In this document: positions 1-15,109 of the stretch, in pieces
How positions within the stretch are numbered: position 1 is the stretch's first letter
How the letters are laid out: each line of letters opens with the position of its first letter
Origin: Laetmonice hystrix
Taxonomy: Eukaryota
Assembly (NCBI GenBank): GCA_965235115.1
Contig: OZ249442.1
Span: forward strand, 17,484,001 to 17,548,000
Length of the DNA stretch: 64,000 nt
Reading direction: 5' to 3'
Notes under the pieces: generated by a model
Seen by the model: only the letters and a program-made list of their open reading frames with translations
Database searches by the model: none
What the model was told of the DNA's origin: nothing
Position numbers and translations under genes: made by a program

Positions 1-3000
1 ATAGCGTATCCACCATGCAAACACATAACGCTTGTAACGCGTTCGACGGCCACTTTTACCCATGACTGAACGCGGCCACCTGGTGGCACTGTCGTCAAAC
101 AAATATGGCCGCCCCGACGAAGTATCAGCTCTGGTATCAGCTTGTAGTCGTGTAACCAACAGGTGAAAAGGCAGATGGTACTGCAGGTTTCAGGGTGAAA
201 AGGATGCTTCTCGTACGTCCTCGCATCTAGACACAACTTCCATGGCAGACAGAATACACAATGTCACCACCACCATGGAAACATTCACTTCCTCTCAGTG
301 TTTTTTTTTAAGAAGAAGAAATGGGGAGAGCAGCAAAGAAAACCTGGATTCAACGTGTCAATGCACACTTCTTAGGGCCGATAAGCCTGAATCAACGGCG
401 CGGAAGAAACGTGCTAATGTATTCTGAACTACACTGTCCTTACAAAATGAGCCAGTGTGTGTGTGTGGAAAACTTGGAGATTGTCATTGAAAATATCATC
501 ACGTAGCGATTTGATGGGGGGATTGCGCATGTGACCAACAGATGTAAGCGAAAGCTGGCCAAATTGTATTACGGCAGTGGTTGGGCTGAAGATGTGTGGG
601 CCCAATAGGGAGAAGTAACATGGAGGCCGACACTGAATACACAATGAGTCGGTTAACACACACCTCGCTCTGACCCCATCTTTATGGACCTAACAATCGC
701 AGACTCTCACCAAAGTGTCTTTTTGTGTTGCGTCTTTGCTTACCTGGAGCCAGTCAAGCTCACGGCAAGTCGCTGTCGGTCAACATTGTTAGCTAGTGTT
801 TGCTGATAACTTTCTTAACATCTCAACCGCTAAGCTGGACGTCCCTTGCCCGGCCTAGCCTCTTTAATGGCGAACGAGCCACGGTAATTCATGTGTATAG
901 AGTAAACAGCGAAAATGCAAAACTAATTCTTTTTTAAAACAGCTCTCCCGAGAGAGGTGGGGGGTTACGTTTCTTTCAAATTTTCAGGGTTCAAGTTATT
1001 AGTAACATTCAATAAAACTTCAAGAGAATTATTTAAGTTTAATTTCCTTTTATACAAGTCCTGTCGACCATTTCACCCTGGTGGCGTACAACTATACCAA
1101 AGTAGCCTAAGGTACCATGTAAGATGGTCAGACATTATTGCCCAGACAACCTCGCTGTCACCCTACTCCCCCACCCCAAACCCTACCCCACCCACTGACA
1201 CCAAACAGGCTATCTAACAGCCATTTGTCCCTCTCCTTCACTTTCAACTCAAAATGCCTTAACCTTTGACATGAAGACCCCATCGGGGGTCCCCTCCTCT
1301 CCCTGTCTCGGGGTGGGGGTAAGGAATCAAACCCCGCTGGAGGGGGTAGGGGGTAAACGGAGGCTCACGCCACCTCTTGCCCCAAGACAAATATGGCGGC
1401 CTACTGTAGGGCCCCATCATCAAGCCGTACCCCTACGGGCCTACATATGCCATAACGTCGGAGAATTTATGACCGGGTCGTCTGTTTGTCACCTCTAGTG
1501 ATTACAATTGTTCGATCTCGAGCTGTCGTTTCTCCCCAGGGAACGACTGACCAGCGGGGTGTGACGCCAGGGGTAGGGGGAGCCACTTGTTGTGGGAGGA
1601 CATAATCACAGGTTGAAGACAACTGCGTCAACTTGGTCCACGTTTAAACACCGACGACACGAGCAGTAAAAAAAGCTAGCTGTGCCCAGAGTTGATTTTT
1701 GATGACGATAATTACCAGTAACGATCAAATAGAGCGCAGCGTGTCAGCCGTTAAAATCACAACACAATATTACGAGCACAGAAAACTACCACGCTGTCGT
1801 CGCTAGGAAAAATGCTGACTCATAGTTTCAGGTTTTTGTCTGATGAAGCCCACACATATAGCGGACTTTAGATCTTGTAAATATTACAGAATTGGATCCT
1901 GACCCCCAGAACCAACATTTTTTTAGAGGATGATACATGTGTAATGAGTTTGGCGACGCCTGGTCAAAGGATGCTACGTTAAAGCTTTAAAAACGTGTTC
2001 AGCTTCGACCAACCGTGCAGTGAAAAAAGGCAAATACATTGAATCAATGCCTAATTGTTCGAGAAGTAGCTGTAAGGGACATCAATGTGTCATTGTTAGT
2101 GCATAGCTAGGCACGTCTTAAGTTCGTAATTCTATACAAGCACCAGCAAATCCTGCTTTTTATCTCACTGCTAAGGATGTCATGCAATCATGACTTGAGA
2201 AACTTGGTGAGCGACATATCCGAATATTTCTCTCTGACCTGGTCCAGTTTTGGTTGATACAAACATGGCTTCCAAATGACTGATTTTACCTGCCTTTAGA
2301 AATCGCGTGTAATTTACCTGGCGCGAATGGCTTTCAAAGACATGGGTCATCTTTCACAAATATCCCAGACCACCTGCTTTTCTTGTGCCCAAATTTATAC
2401 TCATCAGATATGCACAAAACCCTTTGCCATTGTAACTTTTATTCAGTGTGGCATTCCTCAGAAATTCGGTCTTCATTCAAATGAAAATGCGTTTTGCGAG
2501 TGCTTTACTGACGACACTGGCACTCTGGCTGAGAACCCCCTCGGGCTCGAGTACATGGACGATAAATGATAATTCGCTTGCACAACTTTCTCATATTCGG
2601 ATGCAGTGCCTTGGAGGGCATCTACGACTGCAGGGCACAGCCGCTGCAACCAAAGACCAACTCGGCCCAGTCGCCGTGCGACTTGACCCGTCCAACTCTG
2701 CCACCTCAAAAAAGGCCATTGAGAGCTTTAGCAGGGCGTATTTTGATATATTCCTTTGTTAGGTGAATCTTCTACGGGCTCCTTTACAATTTCACCGATG
2801 GCCCGCGGTGCGACTTAATATGGATCATCGGGTGCGTTTCCCTCTATGTTTATGATAATTCAAGCCGCGTCTGGTCTGATACAGACCTATTATTAGGCGT
2901 TTATAGGTGTATTCTGATAGCGGGCTTTGTGGCAGGTATTTCTGAAGGACGCCCGAGTATTACTCCAGTGTCCTATACCAGGTCCGCAGGGCAGACTCTA

Positions 3001-6000
3001 CTCGACCTGCCAGCTTTGTCCCCATATGATAATTCATCGGAGGCGAGTACCATGTGAAAGAATATCTTGCTTTTGTCCTCTCCTCAATTTACTTTTAAAA
3101 TTTGATATGTGTCTTTCATCGGCCTGTATTTGCCTACAACAGTAAGCCAGCCGCGGGCAACCAGTGCGAGTCATAAACCGACACCTATTGAGAGACTTTC
3201 GAATTCCAACTCTCTTTCTGCCCCGGCTGGTTCCCCCTCCCCCTTCCCCCTTTTCGTATAATGGCTGCCTCCCCCAAAGCTGCCCACCAAAAGCCATTTG
3301 CATCATGGCCCTTTTGTTAACGGTCATGTCTTCCCTCTCCATCTCATCAGCACGTCTCTATAAGTACGAGCATCGAAAACTTGTAATCCATTTTTGCAGC
3401 GGTCGTCATACACGGATGTTTGGGCGATGGGTGGTTGGGTGGGTTGTTGTATGAGTTAGTGTGGGTGGTTGGGTGGGTTGGGGTCAAACTGTAGTGAGTG
3501 TACCATTCAGAGGCCATCCCATATTTGTCATTGTCCATCGGTATTCACTAATGACCACGTCTTTGTGTTTGTCGCCTGGGAGGAAGTTTCATCTGTCTTT
3601 ATAATTCACGGCGCCCCGTGCCCCCACCGGCCGGCCCCCTCTGACCCATTGTGTGGCAAACATTGCAGGAATCTGACTGGCCTCCAAACATTCTATAACG
3701 TCGCTCCCGGCCAGAAATCCGAGCCCAGCGCTGACCATCAGCGAAGAATGTCAGCAAGATGAGCTGTAGATGGACACTGGTCAGTCACAATCGGACCCTG
3801 AACCGTCGGTGCAGAGCACCCTCCCGATCAGATCCCCACCCCTCCGATTCAAGTCGCTATATTCCTACTCAGTCATTGTCACATCAAAGAAACGTCATGT
3901 TTTTCTCGGCAGACCCCTCCCACCGACTCCAGGTGACTGACACAGGAAACAAATCTCCACAAGGTCCTCTCGTGGCAGAACGGGAAACAGCCATGTATTA
4001 TTCAACGACTTTCTTCTTGATGATTAATTTCGGACTCCCTTTTGCTTTCCCGCATACATATTCGCACACCGGAATAAAGCACGATGAATGTGGCTCCTTA
4101 TGAAAAGGCCCTTTATGAAAGCACATCCTGTCCAAGCTAGCAGGCATGGCTAGCAGTGTTTGTGGCCGAGGTATTCTCACCTCGGTCAGTGTCATCCTTG
4201 ACCAGGTAAGATACTGTTCATTAAACACGGTCACAGATACAACAGGGCAGGCATGGACCGATGAACATCAGATAGCCGGTTACAGGTAATTGACTTCCTG
4301 TCAAGGAATGTCACTGAATTCCTCCACATCGCTGGTCGGACAGAACTGGACAGAGAGAACTCGCCACTTTCTGTATACGACACTCCAGTCTATGACATTA
4401 ATACCTGGGTTTGGGACAGCAAAGCTTGTCTGTGCAAAATTGCGCGTCATTGCTTTGAGTTTTAGCCATGTCACGATCAAAGGCAACGGCATGGCCCACA
4501 GCGTGTCCATGAGTCAACAGGTCTGCGGTCTGTCCACTGACCAATGGCCAGCCCCTGGTCATTTGGACCACAGCTGTCATCACCATGGCAACAAGGGATC
4601 CACTTTCAGTTGGATCCTCGGTAGGTACATTTGACCTGGTGCCTTCACTCGAGCCACACTAGGAATTTCCATCAAGATTACAGGAATCTTTGTCAGAGAC
4701 CTCACAACCACCAATAAAAAATATCATCAAGAAATATGACTTCACAAAAATAACTCACAGACGGCAGTGACACTTCTGTGACTGGTACCATTGTGCAAAG
4801 GCATCTATTTCATTTCTGATGAATATTTATATTTCAAGGAGAACGTTTTTGTTGTATGTAAATTTTGCGCAGTGCTAAAAAGTGACCCACAATGGTATAT
4901 ATGATCGGGCATAAACCGAAAGTCAGTGTAGGCCATGGTATTAAAGTTCAATATGTCATGTACGTGACATGTCGCACTGTGTCGCCCCCAGCCTTGGTGC
5001 GGGGATCAGTTATTTAGCACCTTACCTGTCAACCGATCAGCTTGGAATGCCAGGTCATAGGTATTCTTCTCTGACCTCGCCAACCCCCCTCCTCTCCACT
5101 CTTTGTTACAGGGTATAATCTCCTGCCGACAACGGCACCAGTGGGACACCTGGCATGATACACCTACCATCCCTTTCCGTCTCCTCCCTAACAAGTATAC
5201 AAGATACGCGGGCAGCTATATCTATCTTGATGGTATATCGTGAACTGCATGGTCACCGCTAGTATATAATCACAAGAAAGTCCAACTCCTACAAAAACTC
5301 CAATGCAGATCAAAACTCTTCAAAGAATCACTATTTAGACATAAAAACGCCACTCAGACAGGTTTGCCAGACAGATTATAAATGAACGGGACTTAAGATA
5401 ATATCTGATGTCGGATCGCATTTCATAAACAGTTTCATTTCTCTCCTGACTTCTGACAGTGCTCAGGGTGACTCCTGTCAAACTCTCCTGTTTACTTCAA
5501 AGCAGGTTATTTTTTCTATGTTTTGGTGCTCCAGCTCTATACGTTTTCTGTTAGAGACTAAATGATGCATCACTCACAGGCACGAAGTGGGAAAAACCAC
5601 ATGCAAATCAGGCTGAATATAGATGAGACCAGAAAGAGCTTTTGCAAATGGAACATGAGCATTTGTCCAACAGAACATATCTCATTTCACTATCCATAAA
5701 CCATGCTTGCGGGCTTCGTTATCCATCTGCCAGTTTTTCCACCCATTTTCAATCGTACGACAATCTCAGCAGTTTGTCCACTTATTCGTTGACACCTGGG
5801 GGTACGAGCACAGCCTTTGTCGAGTTGACATTATACAAAGTCCCCTCTGTAGCTGAGCTAGGGCTACCGTGGAGAATGCACTAGGGACCATCAGGGCAAG
5901 ATGCAAGACCTGCAGCAGCTATCGAAATCCAGCAGTACTGAACAGACCATAGTCAGGTGCCCTTAAGTTAGCCCCCCCCCCTTCTCCCCTCACTCGGGCC

Positions 6001-6814
6001 TCCTCACCTCCCAATCTCCACTGTTCCTCTCAATCACGACAGCGAGTGGCCAAGACGGAGTTCTGGCACCGGCACAAAATTTGCGTTTGGATTGCCCTCC
6101 CTGCTTCATCATTTAGCGACAAACACGAAAGGCTGATTTTGAAAAATGGAGCGGCCGCCCTGATTGCCAGATCAGTTTCAGCTTATGAATGCTGGCGCTC
6201 GTTGGCATGCAGGCCCTGGCCGGCGATGGTCACTTCAAATCTGGCCCAAAGATCAGTGGAAATTCGGCTGCCGCCCACGGCATCATTATAAGTACACCTT
6301 TGGTGAAAAATGGAGTATCATCAGGGGCAGCTACGATCGATGGCTTCCGCTTATGAAACTGCGGGCTGATGGACACGCGACGCTAAGGACCAAGTCGTCC
6401 CAATCATTCCGTCCTCAGTCATGGAGAGCACGGAAAATTTGCCCTCTCTGTTCATTTGCTATGAGATTAATCATGGCGGGGACTTCAATTTGTGGCAAAA
6501 ATGGCGTCTGTTTCTCTGAGTTTCTGCAGCGCTGGAGAGGCTGGAGATGAGCGCAGTTGCGAGAGATTTGTATGCATGGCTAGCGAGCAGGGAGATGGGG
6601 ACGGGGGAGGGTGGGGGTGGGGGGAAGGGTTAGGGGGGATGGTGCGGGCACGCGTAGAAAGATTCTCCAAGAGCATCTCCTGCTTCCATCTGGTCATCCT
6701 GATTATGATAAATGCTGACCAGTCAGCGCCGGTCATTTTCTGTCTTTTTCCCTGGTCACAACCCAGCCACCGTCTCCCGTCCACATCCAGCCCGCAAACA
6801 GCACCTCCCTCCTA

Positions 6815-6901
6815 ATCACTACCCCTCTATGGATGATCATGACATCACTGCCCCTCTATGGATGATCATGACATCACTGTCCCTCTATGAATGATCATGA
6901 C
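6815..6901. repeat. Tandem repeat, 29-bp unit x3
   Basis: atcact(a/g)(c/t)ccctctatg(g/a)atgatcatgac starting at 6815, 6844 and 6873. Confidence 0.9.
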
Positions 6902-9074
6902 TACCTTCGTATTAAGGAAGCGCTTATTTCAGAACCAGTTATAAAGCAGAATTTTTCAGTTGCAATTGATGCACCATTTTCCACCTAGATAATGTTTTGG
7001 GGATTTTTGTTGAAGATTGTGACCGGTAAGGTCGTCTTTTTGTTTGAAACTTGACTAGAATATATGTGTACCCTCTCTCTGATGGTCTCTGAGAAGACGA
7101 TACAGCAGAAGCTGGCCTAGCGTGGCTTACTACCCCTATCTCTTGGACCCTCACTGAAATCTTCAAGATGACAAAAAGACGTTGTTTCTATTTGCATTGG
7201 TTTCCTGCGTGGCTGTGTGATTGCGCAGGGCCTACCTTGTGTCTGCCTCACAGGGTGGCGAGTTCTCGCTGTAAATAAGTCTCTAAACTCTACGTGTGCG
7301 AGGTGCCTCCCTTCACCGTGTCTACCGTGCCCTTATCATTATATTGTGAATTCTCACTACCAACAGCAGCAGTAAAGTTACATCTCATTGCCCTGGTCTC
7401 CATTATCAGTAACCCAGACAGTAACTTAGAACTTCAGTCAGTCCGATTCTTACACTCAAATACCTTCGAATATTCAAACTTATAAAACAGGCAAACAAGT
7501 TACTAAAAAGTCAAGGGTAAAGTAGAATGGACATGAAGGTAGTACATTCGTAGAGTTATTAATATCACACACCCGTCACCGTGTAATTCTTAACTAGGAC
7601 ATTTACTCCTCAGATATCACAAGGTGCCATCACGCAGGATTTACTCAGCTTGGCAATCTCATCTTCTTCTACACCTCATATTTCAGAGGAACAATTGAAA
7701 ATGGACTGAGAATTTGTGCAAAGTCTGCATGGCAAGCACCTTGGCATAGCATTGTGAACTCATTTGGACTTACAATAGAAAGCTCACGGCTTATGACATT
7801 TTACAATTTCTTCCCTTTTTGTCCAGTGTCCAAATGAGCTCAACTACTGAGCTCCAACTGGGTTTGTCTGTCCCATATACAGGAATATGTGTCTTACCCG
7901 AGTCCTCGGGGTAGAGTTTAGGGCGACTAGTCGAGTGCTGATGTTGATGTTGGTGGTTTTTCTTCAGCTTGGGCGGGGTCACGAGGCCCCCCAGGGGTCC
8001 AAGGGGACCCCCAAACAACGAGCCAATGCGCAGGAACTCCTGAGGATCTGAAGATAAAAGATGTCAAGGTTAACATGAGGGTCAAAGTTCACACCTACGA
8101 CCTATTATTCCTCAAGAATTACAGGCATGAGCTGGGAGGCAACAACATTAAGCAAAGAAATCTTGCCCTCAATTTGCCCTCATTACTCTCTGGGAGATGC
8201 TGAAAGAATGGACACATGTCTAAAAGGCATTAGCAGCAAAAGAGACAAGGGAGAAGTCATAATCAAGGCCATAACTAACGGTTGCACGTCTTTGATTTGT
8301 CCATACACAAAGCAGAACCCTTGTCCGGTAATTGTGGAAAATGATAACAGTAGATACTCGGGGTAACGACTTACTGCTGGCATTGTTCGACAATTACTAA
8401 ATGGCAAAGAAACCCCCACTCACTCCTCACAAAGTTGTGATCATAGCAGATATAAATTGTCGTCGTTAAGAACTGCCACATCAAAAAGATTCGTTCCCGT
8501 TTGTCCGTCATAAAAATCAGCTGAGAGGCCCCTTCCTACTTACGTCCACAGACGGGCCACACGAGGCAAAATTGAACTTGATCAAAAGGGAGGTGGTCAT
8601 TTTACGGCCAATGGCCCGGGAGAAGGTTACGGATTTTACGGATTTAATACATTCATGTCCTGCACATGTTGTCTTTGAAAGAAAGGAAAGAACCCGAGCC
8701 GCTATATTAACTTTGTCGTTGGTCTACTGACACCGGTGCTATAGGTTGGTGAGAGATGAGACGTGGCGCCGTTGGGCGTCATTTACGGCACAGATTCCCT
8801 GAGTTCTGGGCAGGACCAGTATAGAGGTCGGGGCTATGGACGGCTATAAGGGCCAGCAGCAATGGGACGACCGGTTACTGAGACCAGCTTGTCGAACCAC
8901 CATCATCACTGTTGGACCTCTGGCGGCGGCGGGGGGGGGGGGGGATCAGCCAATGACAAATTGAGTTGCACATTTTTGCTGCACACAAATCAGAGCAGTA
9001 CCGCAGCCAATTTGCAGCCAATCATAAGCTGATATCTCATTGTTGTCCCTCATTTGTCGCTTAAGATGCCGTCT

Positions 9075-9099
9075 TCTTTGATGCTCCCAACATCAAAGA
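9075..9099. promoter_or_regulatory. Candidate inverted pair of TCF/LEF sites
   Basis: TCTTTGATG-ctcccaa-CATCAAAGA. Both arms contain the TCF core CTTTGAT. Motif match only; function not shown. Confidence 0.35.
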
Positions 9100-12000
9100 G
9101 TGGTTCCATGATAAAATTTTTATGATGGGTCCAGGCAGTGAAACTTCGCCGAAGCAACAAAATATAATATATGTGAAATTAATTTACCGCAATCGAGTTT
9201 TCACCCAATTTCGCACTTCAAAAGACAGTGAGAAAATGTTGACATTGTTTGCTGCTTTGTACCCGGCCAAGGTTACAAAGGTAAAAATAATTCCCCACTA
9301 AAACCAAATAATGGCATTATCACTTCAAAGGCCCGGGACAACGTTCAGGTTACGGCGGACAACAGCCAAGGTTGCCCCTGGCAACTACGAGATGATTCCT
9401 TACCGACAAGCGGGAAATTTAATTATTTCCATTACGACTCGCATATTGCCAATTCAGATACAGACTCGAGGCAAGTGATTCTCCCTGAACCAAAGATCAC
9501 TAAACATTTCCTGTCCTTAAAAAAAAGACTAGTTCCACAAATAACATTTTTCTATGGTGAAAAATGAAGCCGATGTTTTCAGTTGTCATAGTGCCTTAAC
9601 AAACTGATTATTTACAACCAAGTCATTGCCCTCACAGTGTCACCTTCTCTGTATGGCCCTAATAAAATAGCTTCCCAAACTCACTTAGCGTGATGACCTT
9701 CGTGGTCCGAAAATCTGATTGGTTATCGGGACAACTGTCAAAAGAACTGCATGCTGCGGGAAATTTGTGCCCGGGAAATCTCATTGCGTGCTGCCATTTT
9801 TGATACGGGACAAAATCGTAGGGTGGCATGATTGGCAAATGTTGCCCCGTCATCAACGGAGAGACAAGAGACAAGTACAGAAAACTCCATTTTGTTCGGA
9901 TCAAGTGCATGATGTTGGTTTTATGTGCATGTCGAGTGGAGCCTCGTCACCTTCCGTCAAGCTTTTGTGGACATTGTTCTGAGGGTTAAACAAATATTAT
10001 GTCGCTTCCATTTGCTGCTGGTCTAACGAGGCTCGGCCCACAGCTCTCCATGCTAATTGTATCAGGGGCCTGCTGAGGACTGCAGCCTGAGTGATGGACT
10101 GTGGGGAGAGGACGGGGGGGGGGGGGGGGGCATGAAGACAGAAGTCGGGGTTCGCAGTTTTTAACATACATCCTGAAATCTAAATTAGAGTTCGGGTTCT
10201 GTATTCTAATAATCTGTTCTTCCACCCTCTATACGTTTGGAGCGATTGTATGTGTTTTTAGGAGATCCTTTAGGTGGAAGAGCAATGGCTTGACGCTAAC
10301 CCACCAAACCCAGTATAAAGAACCACCTAACCCAGCGACCTATCACCTGTCACACCTGTGTTGGCGACCATTTACTTAAACCTGCGCCATATTGTCACCA
10401 AACGTTTCAAGATGGCCGCACTGCATCTCTCCACCGCCCACCCCATCCCCACCCCGACCCCCGCCCCGCCCACCTCCTCTGTCTGACCTCTGACCCGACC
10501 CTTGACCTGACAACACCAGCTGTTCAAAGCTGTGATATGATGCATGCCTATGGTGGACATGATGAGGTTGACAGATGGACGCGACCCGTCCCAACTGGTG
10601 GCCATTTCCGACACCACCCTCATGTTCTGGAACAACCTGTGCCAACCTGGAACACTGTGTACTCTTTGAACCAGTCTCATATTGGACGTGTACTTTATGT
10701 AATAATTCATGCCCCTCTAAGGCCGCTACCTTTGAAGTGTATGCCGCAATTGAGTGGAGCAGTGCTGTTAATATTTCTGGTATGGTAAACAGCTTTGAAT
10801 GCCGAACATTCAGGCTATATATCCCAATGACAAATCTGTCGGGGCGGGGGACACTATAGGTGTGCTTATCGAGCCACCAGGGTCTGTGCCCTTGTCAAAA
10901 GAGGCCCGGTGGCTGTGACAGTGGCATCAGAGGACAAAATAGGTAAATATATGGTGTAATATACGACAGTGTTTGTGGCATCCATCATCATTTGATGAGG
11001 AACGTCATCTGTTGTGTGTGGGCCGAGGTTAGAGATCGGGCGTTGGGCCAATCCATGTTGGCTCTCACAAACTTCATATTTACACTGCCGCAATGATTGA
11101 TGGGCATTCCTTGCACCACTTACCCCCCTCCCCCTCCCCCCTCCCCCTCAAACCGGTCATTATAATCCACCAATAATAATAACCACCCCCCGTCCTTTCC
11201 CCCTCTTTTATCCAATCCTATAAATCAAGGTGTAATTAATCATTACTTATTGACCTTCAGTTTATATATTCAGTGATCAGGAAGACGCCGCCGGTCGAGC
11301 TGACTCCCGCTGTTAGCGGTAACTCACTCCTACACCGGGCCTCAGTCCCTGCCTCCAGTCAACCAGGTCCAAGGCAATCCGGTCCCCTCCCTGTCAATAC
11401 TCTCACTCTATTGACGCGCACGCCCATATTTATTCATAACAGTTCACAAATTGTAGCCGCTCGCCTCATCATAATTCTGCTCGATATCTAGCTATGAATT
11501 CCGTGCCGGGATAAGCCTCATGAAGCATACTTATTGGGGGCACAGCAGCGTGTTAATAGCAGTTTGGCGCAATACCCGACGTATCATATTGCCCTGGCAG
11601 GAAATTGAACATAAATCACCTATTATCAGACCTATCATTACATTAAAATGGCCAATTAATTCCTGTGTTGAACAGATCCCCACTCCAGAGACAGGGAAAA
11701 ACGAAAGTTTAGATCTCTCTCCTTGTATGATCCAATGAATAGAGCAACAACTGGTGACCTCGGTATAATAGAGGCAATTAAAGAAGAAACTACATTTTAA
11801 GCTCTTCACTCCCTCCCCTCTCTGTAAGAACAAATGGCGACCTACAGTTAGTGTTTTCTTCACGGCGCAGTATGCTGATCTACTTTTTCAGGTCAGGTTG
11901 GCCATATTGTAAGTAAAAATGTGCCGTTTCGTCTTGGAGCTGCCCGAATCAGTTGAGGTCACATTATGTCTGATCTACAGGAGTCTCTTTTCGGCTGACC

Positions 12001-15000
12001 TGGCCTTGAAAGCCATCCTTTCAGCAACTAATACAAAGACGTAATGTTTTATTAATCCTGGGCCTGACAGTCCGCATATTTCATCATGCTATCAGAGGGT
12101 TTCATCTCCTCATATGCTTATGGTCATGCACGACCGACGCAGACCACAAAAGCTCAGTTTGTTCTTGGTCACCGCTGTCTCTATCTGTACAATCGTCTTA
12201 ACCATATTTCTTTACAAATTAATGTCTCTACAATTTCACCAGTTTAGCCAGTCAGCCAGATAGCCAGTCAAGTAGGAAATTAGTTTGTGCACATTGTCCA
12301 GTCATTCATTCTTCAGCTAACATAAATAACTGACATGAAAATTAACCGCTGCATTCCAGCGCTTCCCTTGTTTGTGTTCAGATCACCGTTTCTTTACACA
12401 ACGATTTGATGAAAAAAATGGAAGAAAAGAAGAAACCCCCCATTAACATAATCACTAGAGAATTATCCCTTATACAAACAGTTTCTGACTTTCTAGTGAT
12501 GATACTGACGGTAACTGCGGTCTTAGAGTTTCCAAAAACATGCCCTACCTCTCGCCAAATAGATTTCTACTATGAATTTTTTCTTCCGCCAAAGGTTTTT
12601 TGGACACCAAGTGAGTTCGAAGCGAAGAGTGAAATCAAGTCAATCGGAGGTGGCCATTAGCGTGTGGAGGTATAGAGATTCCTTAATAAGGTGAGCACAC
12701 CTGTGTTCTCTTAATCACGATTTGCTCCATGTAGATCGCCTTACTTTATTACATACACAATCTCCACTAACCACTAAACACCGAACTACATACAACAGGC
12801 GGACACCTCGCGCCACTCAATCTGTGCGGTAATTCTGGGTTAACATTAACTGCCATAAAAAAGTACCAACAACACTGCCTTCTAAAACTAATCTGCCTAA
12901 CCTTTTTTGTTTTAACTCTCTCTGCTGGTAATTTATGTCGAAAGGCACTATCTCTTGCGATTTCCGCCGCAACATTAACTTCTAACTTTCAGCCATTGTC
13001 TGACATATATCGCTCACAACTCCACATCTCAGTGGGCGATCCATGGAAACATGGCCTTTCTCAGACTTTCAAATCTTTTAACTGGTCACAACTGGTGGCC
13101 ATGAACCTCCCTCAGTATTGCCCTTTCAATGAATTTACGTCTTTAGAGGAAAAAAAGGGGAGAAAAATCCACGCTAGGTTGGTCTGCCGTGTGCCCTCCG
13201 TGGCCTGTACCCAGCCGAACACAATGCCAGTTACCAACATAACAATTCTCCGGTTGCCACGACGACAACGACTAACAACAGCAACACCTGGCATTAGGTC
13301 CCTGCCTCAACTGTCACCATGGTGGCCTAACCCTCATCTTCTACATTCTACCGTCACTAGGTGTCCAAACTATAGAATATCTCAAGTCTCCTTACACCAA
13401 CTTGTGCTATATTGCAGATTAATACTTAATTGGTCATATCATGCGCGGATGTGAAAAAAATACTTTGAATCTTTAATTCTTCATAGCGCCATGGAAGATC
13501 GAATTCAGACATAGCAGTTCATTTAATTTTATAAAGTATTTTTCTGCAGAAAATACACCATAATGGATTTGGGATTTCTCAGAATGGGATTTTCTGCATT
13601 AGCTCTAGTATATTTTCTTTTGAAGTTAACCACAGCATAGCAATCAGGATGCGAACATGACACGCAATATCGCAGGCTGTTTCTGGATCCGTCTCACAAT
13701 ACATTAATCATTGTTCCCTGGAGCACAGCTGGCAGACCGGCCACCATAACAAATACACAACTCACACTGCTGCACTGCTCCATGTTTTAATTTACGGACA
13801 ACCGACCCAATGTTGAATCATCATTTCACTGGTGGCCTTGTATTCGGCTCAGGTCAGACCGTGAATTCCTACAGTCAAGGTCGACTTCAAAAGGTAACCC
13901 GAAAGCTCCCAACGCTCGCAAACAATGCAGGTATTCTGCCAAGGCAAGAGTCAATAGGCAGGAGGAAGGTGTTCAAGCTGTAAGAAAGACCAGACAAGAG
14001 TTCCGCGGCCATCTGCCCAGCTCGTCCAATCAGATCCAACGTATTAATGGAAATGACATTTCGAGAAGGAAGCCAGTAAATCCACTTTCTTAATATGACA
14101 GAGATTTCCTTGCCCTTTTGGCCCTCGGGTAACAGTTAGGCGTAAAACCCCAAATACCCACCCGCCCTCGGGTAACACATTCGAACATGGACCATGATTC
14201 TTCAAAGGTCGAGGAGGTCAAAAATTAGATGATTCCGTTTTACTTAGACATATAAATATAAAATAGGTTTCTTTCTTTTGCAAATGTAAGCTCTTCTAGA
14301 ATGAAGGGAATCTTTGCGAGGCGTGGCCGTTTGGCCATTGCGCTCCCACATCACATTCCGCGCGGTCAGCATGAAGCTGTAATAAAATGCTCCGTTTCCT
14401 CACGACGAAAAATTTGACCGATGGCCAAGGGGGGTGAAACGCACACCTGAATGACGAAGCCCATGGCCAGAGCTCATTTCGTCATTGGTATGCGCTGCGG
14501 ATGGCGATCGTAAATTGGATAAACATTCATTAATACATCTTCATACGTAGCAGATGAGGGCATCTTGCCAGCCGCAATCTAATACGGCCTTGTCGATGCA
14601 CAATCCGTCATTGGCTCCGCTGAAATGATGCAGACCAGAAATTTGGTCGCTCGTGCCATCAACATGAAAAATGTGCCGCATCTTTGGGTGGGTCCCCTGG
14701 CCCTCTCTGTTTACATGACCAGAATGGGCGCCGGTCCGAGTGGGCAGTGGTCAGTGGCCTGGCTCTCATCATTTCTGTGGTCATCATCTTGTCTGATTAC
14801 AGGCAGGCAAATTAGCATACCTACTCATGCCCACAGCTCGCAGTCCACGCTAATGCCCTCAGCTGAGGCTCAACCGTCCGTGCCTGTGGCACCAGCTCCG
14901 AGTATTGGCCAAGTCTCCAAACGTTACAGGTTTGTAGCCGTACAGTCCATGCTGTGTGGCGATATACAGGATCGACATTTTCAGAGCAAGTCTCGCATTT

Positions 15001-15109
15001 CTGTAATCCTCAGATAAGAGGTGTAGCTGTTCTCATATCATGGACATTTTCTGGTTCCCTCAGATATCGTAGCATTGTCTTCACACCCTAACATTTGACC
15101 CTGAGCCCT

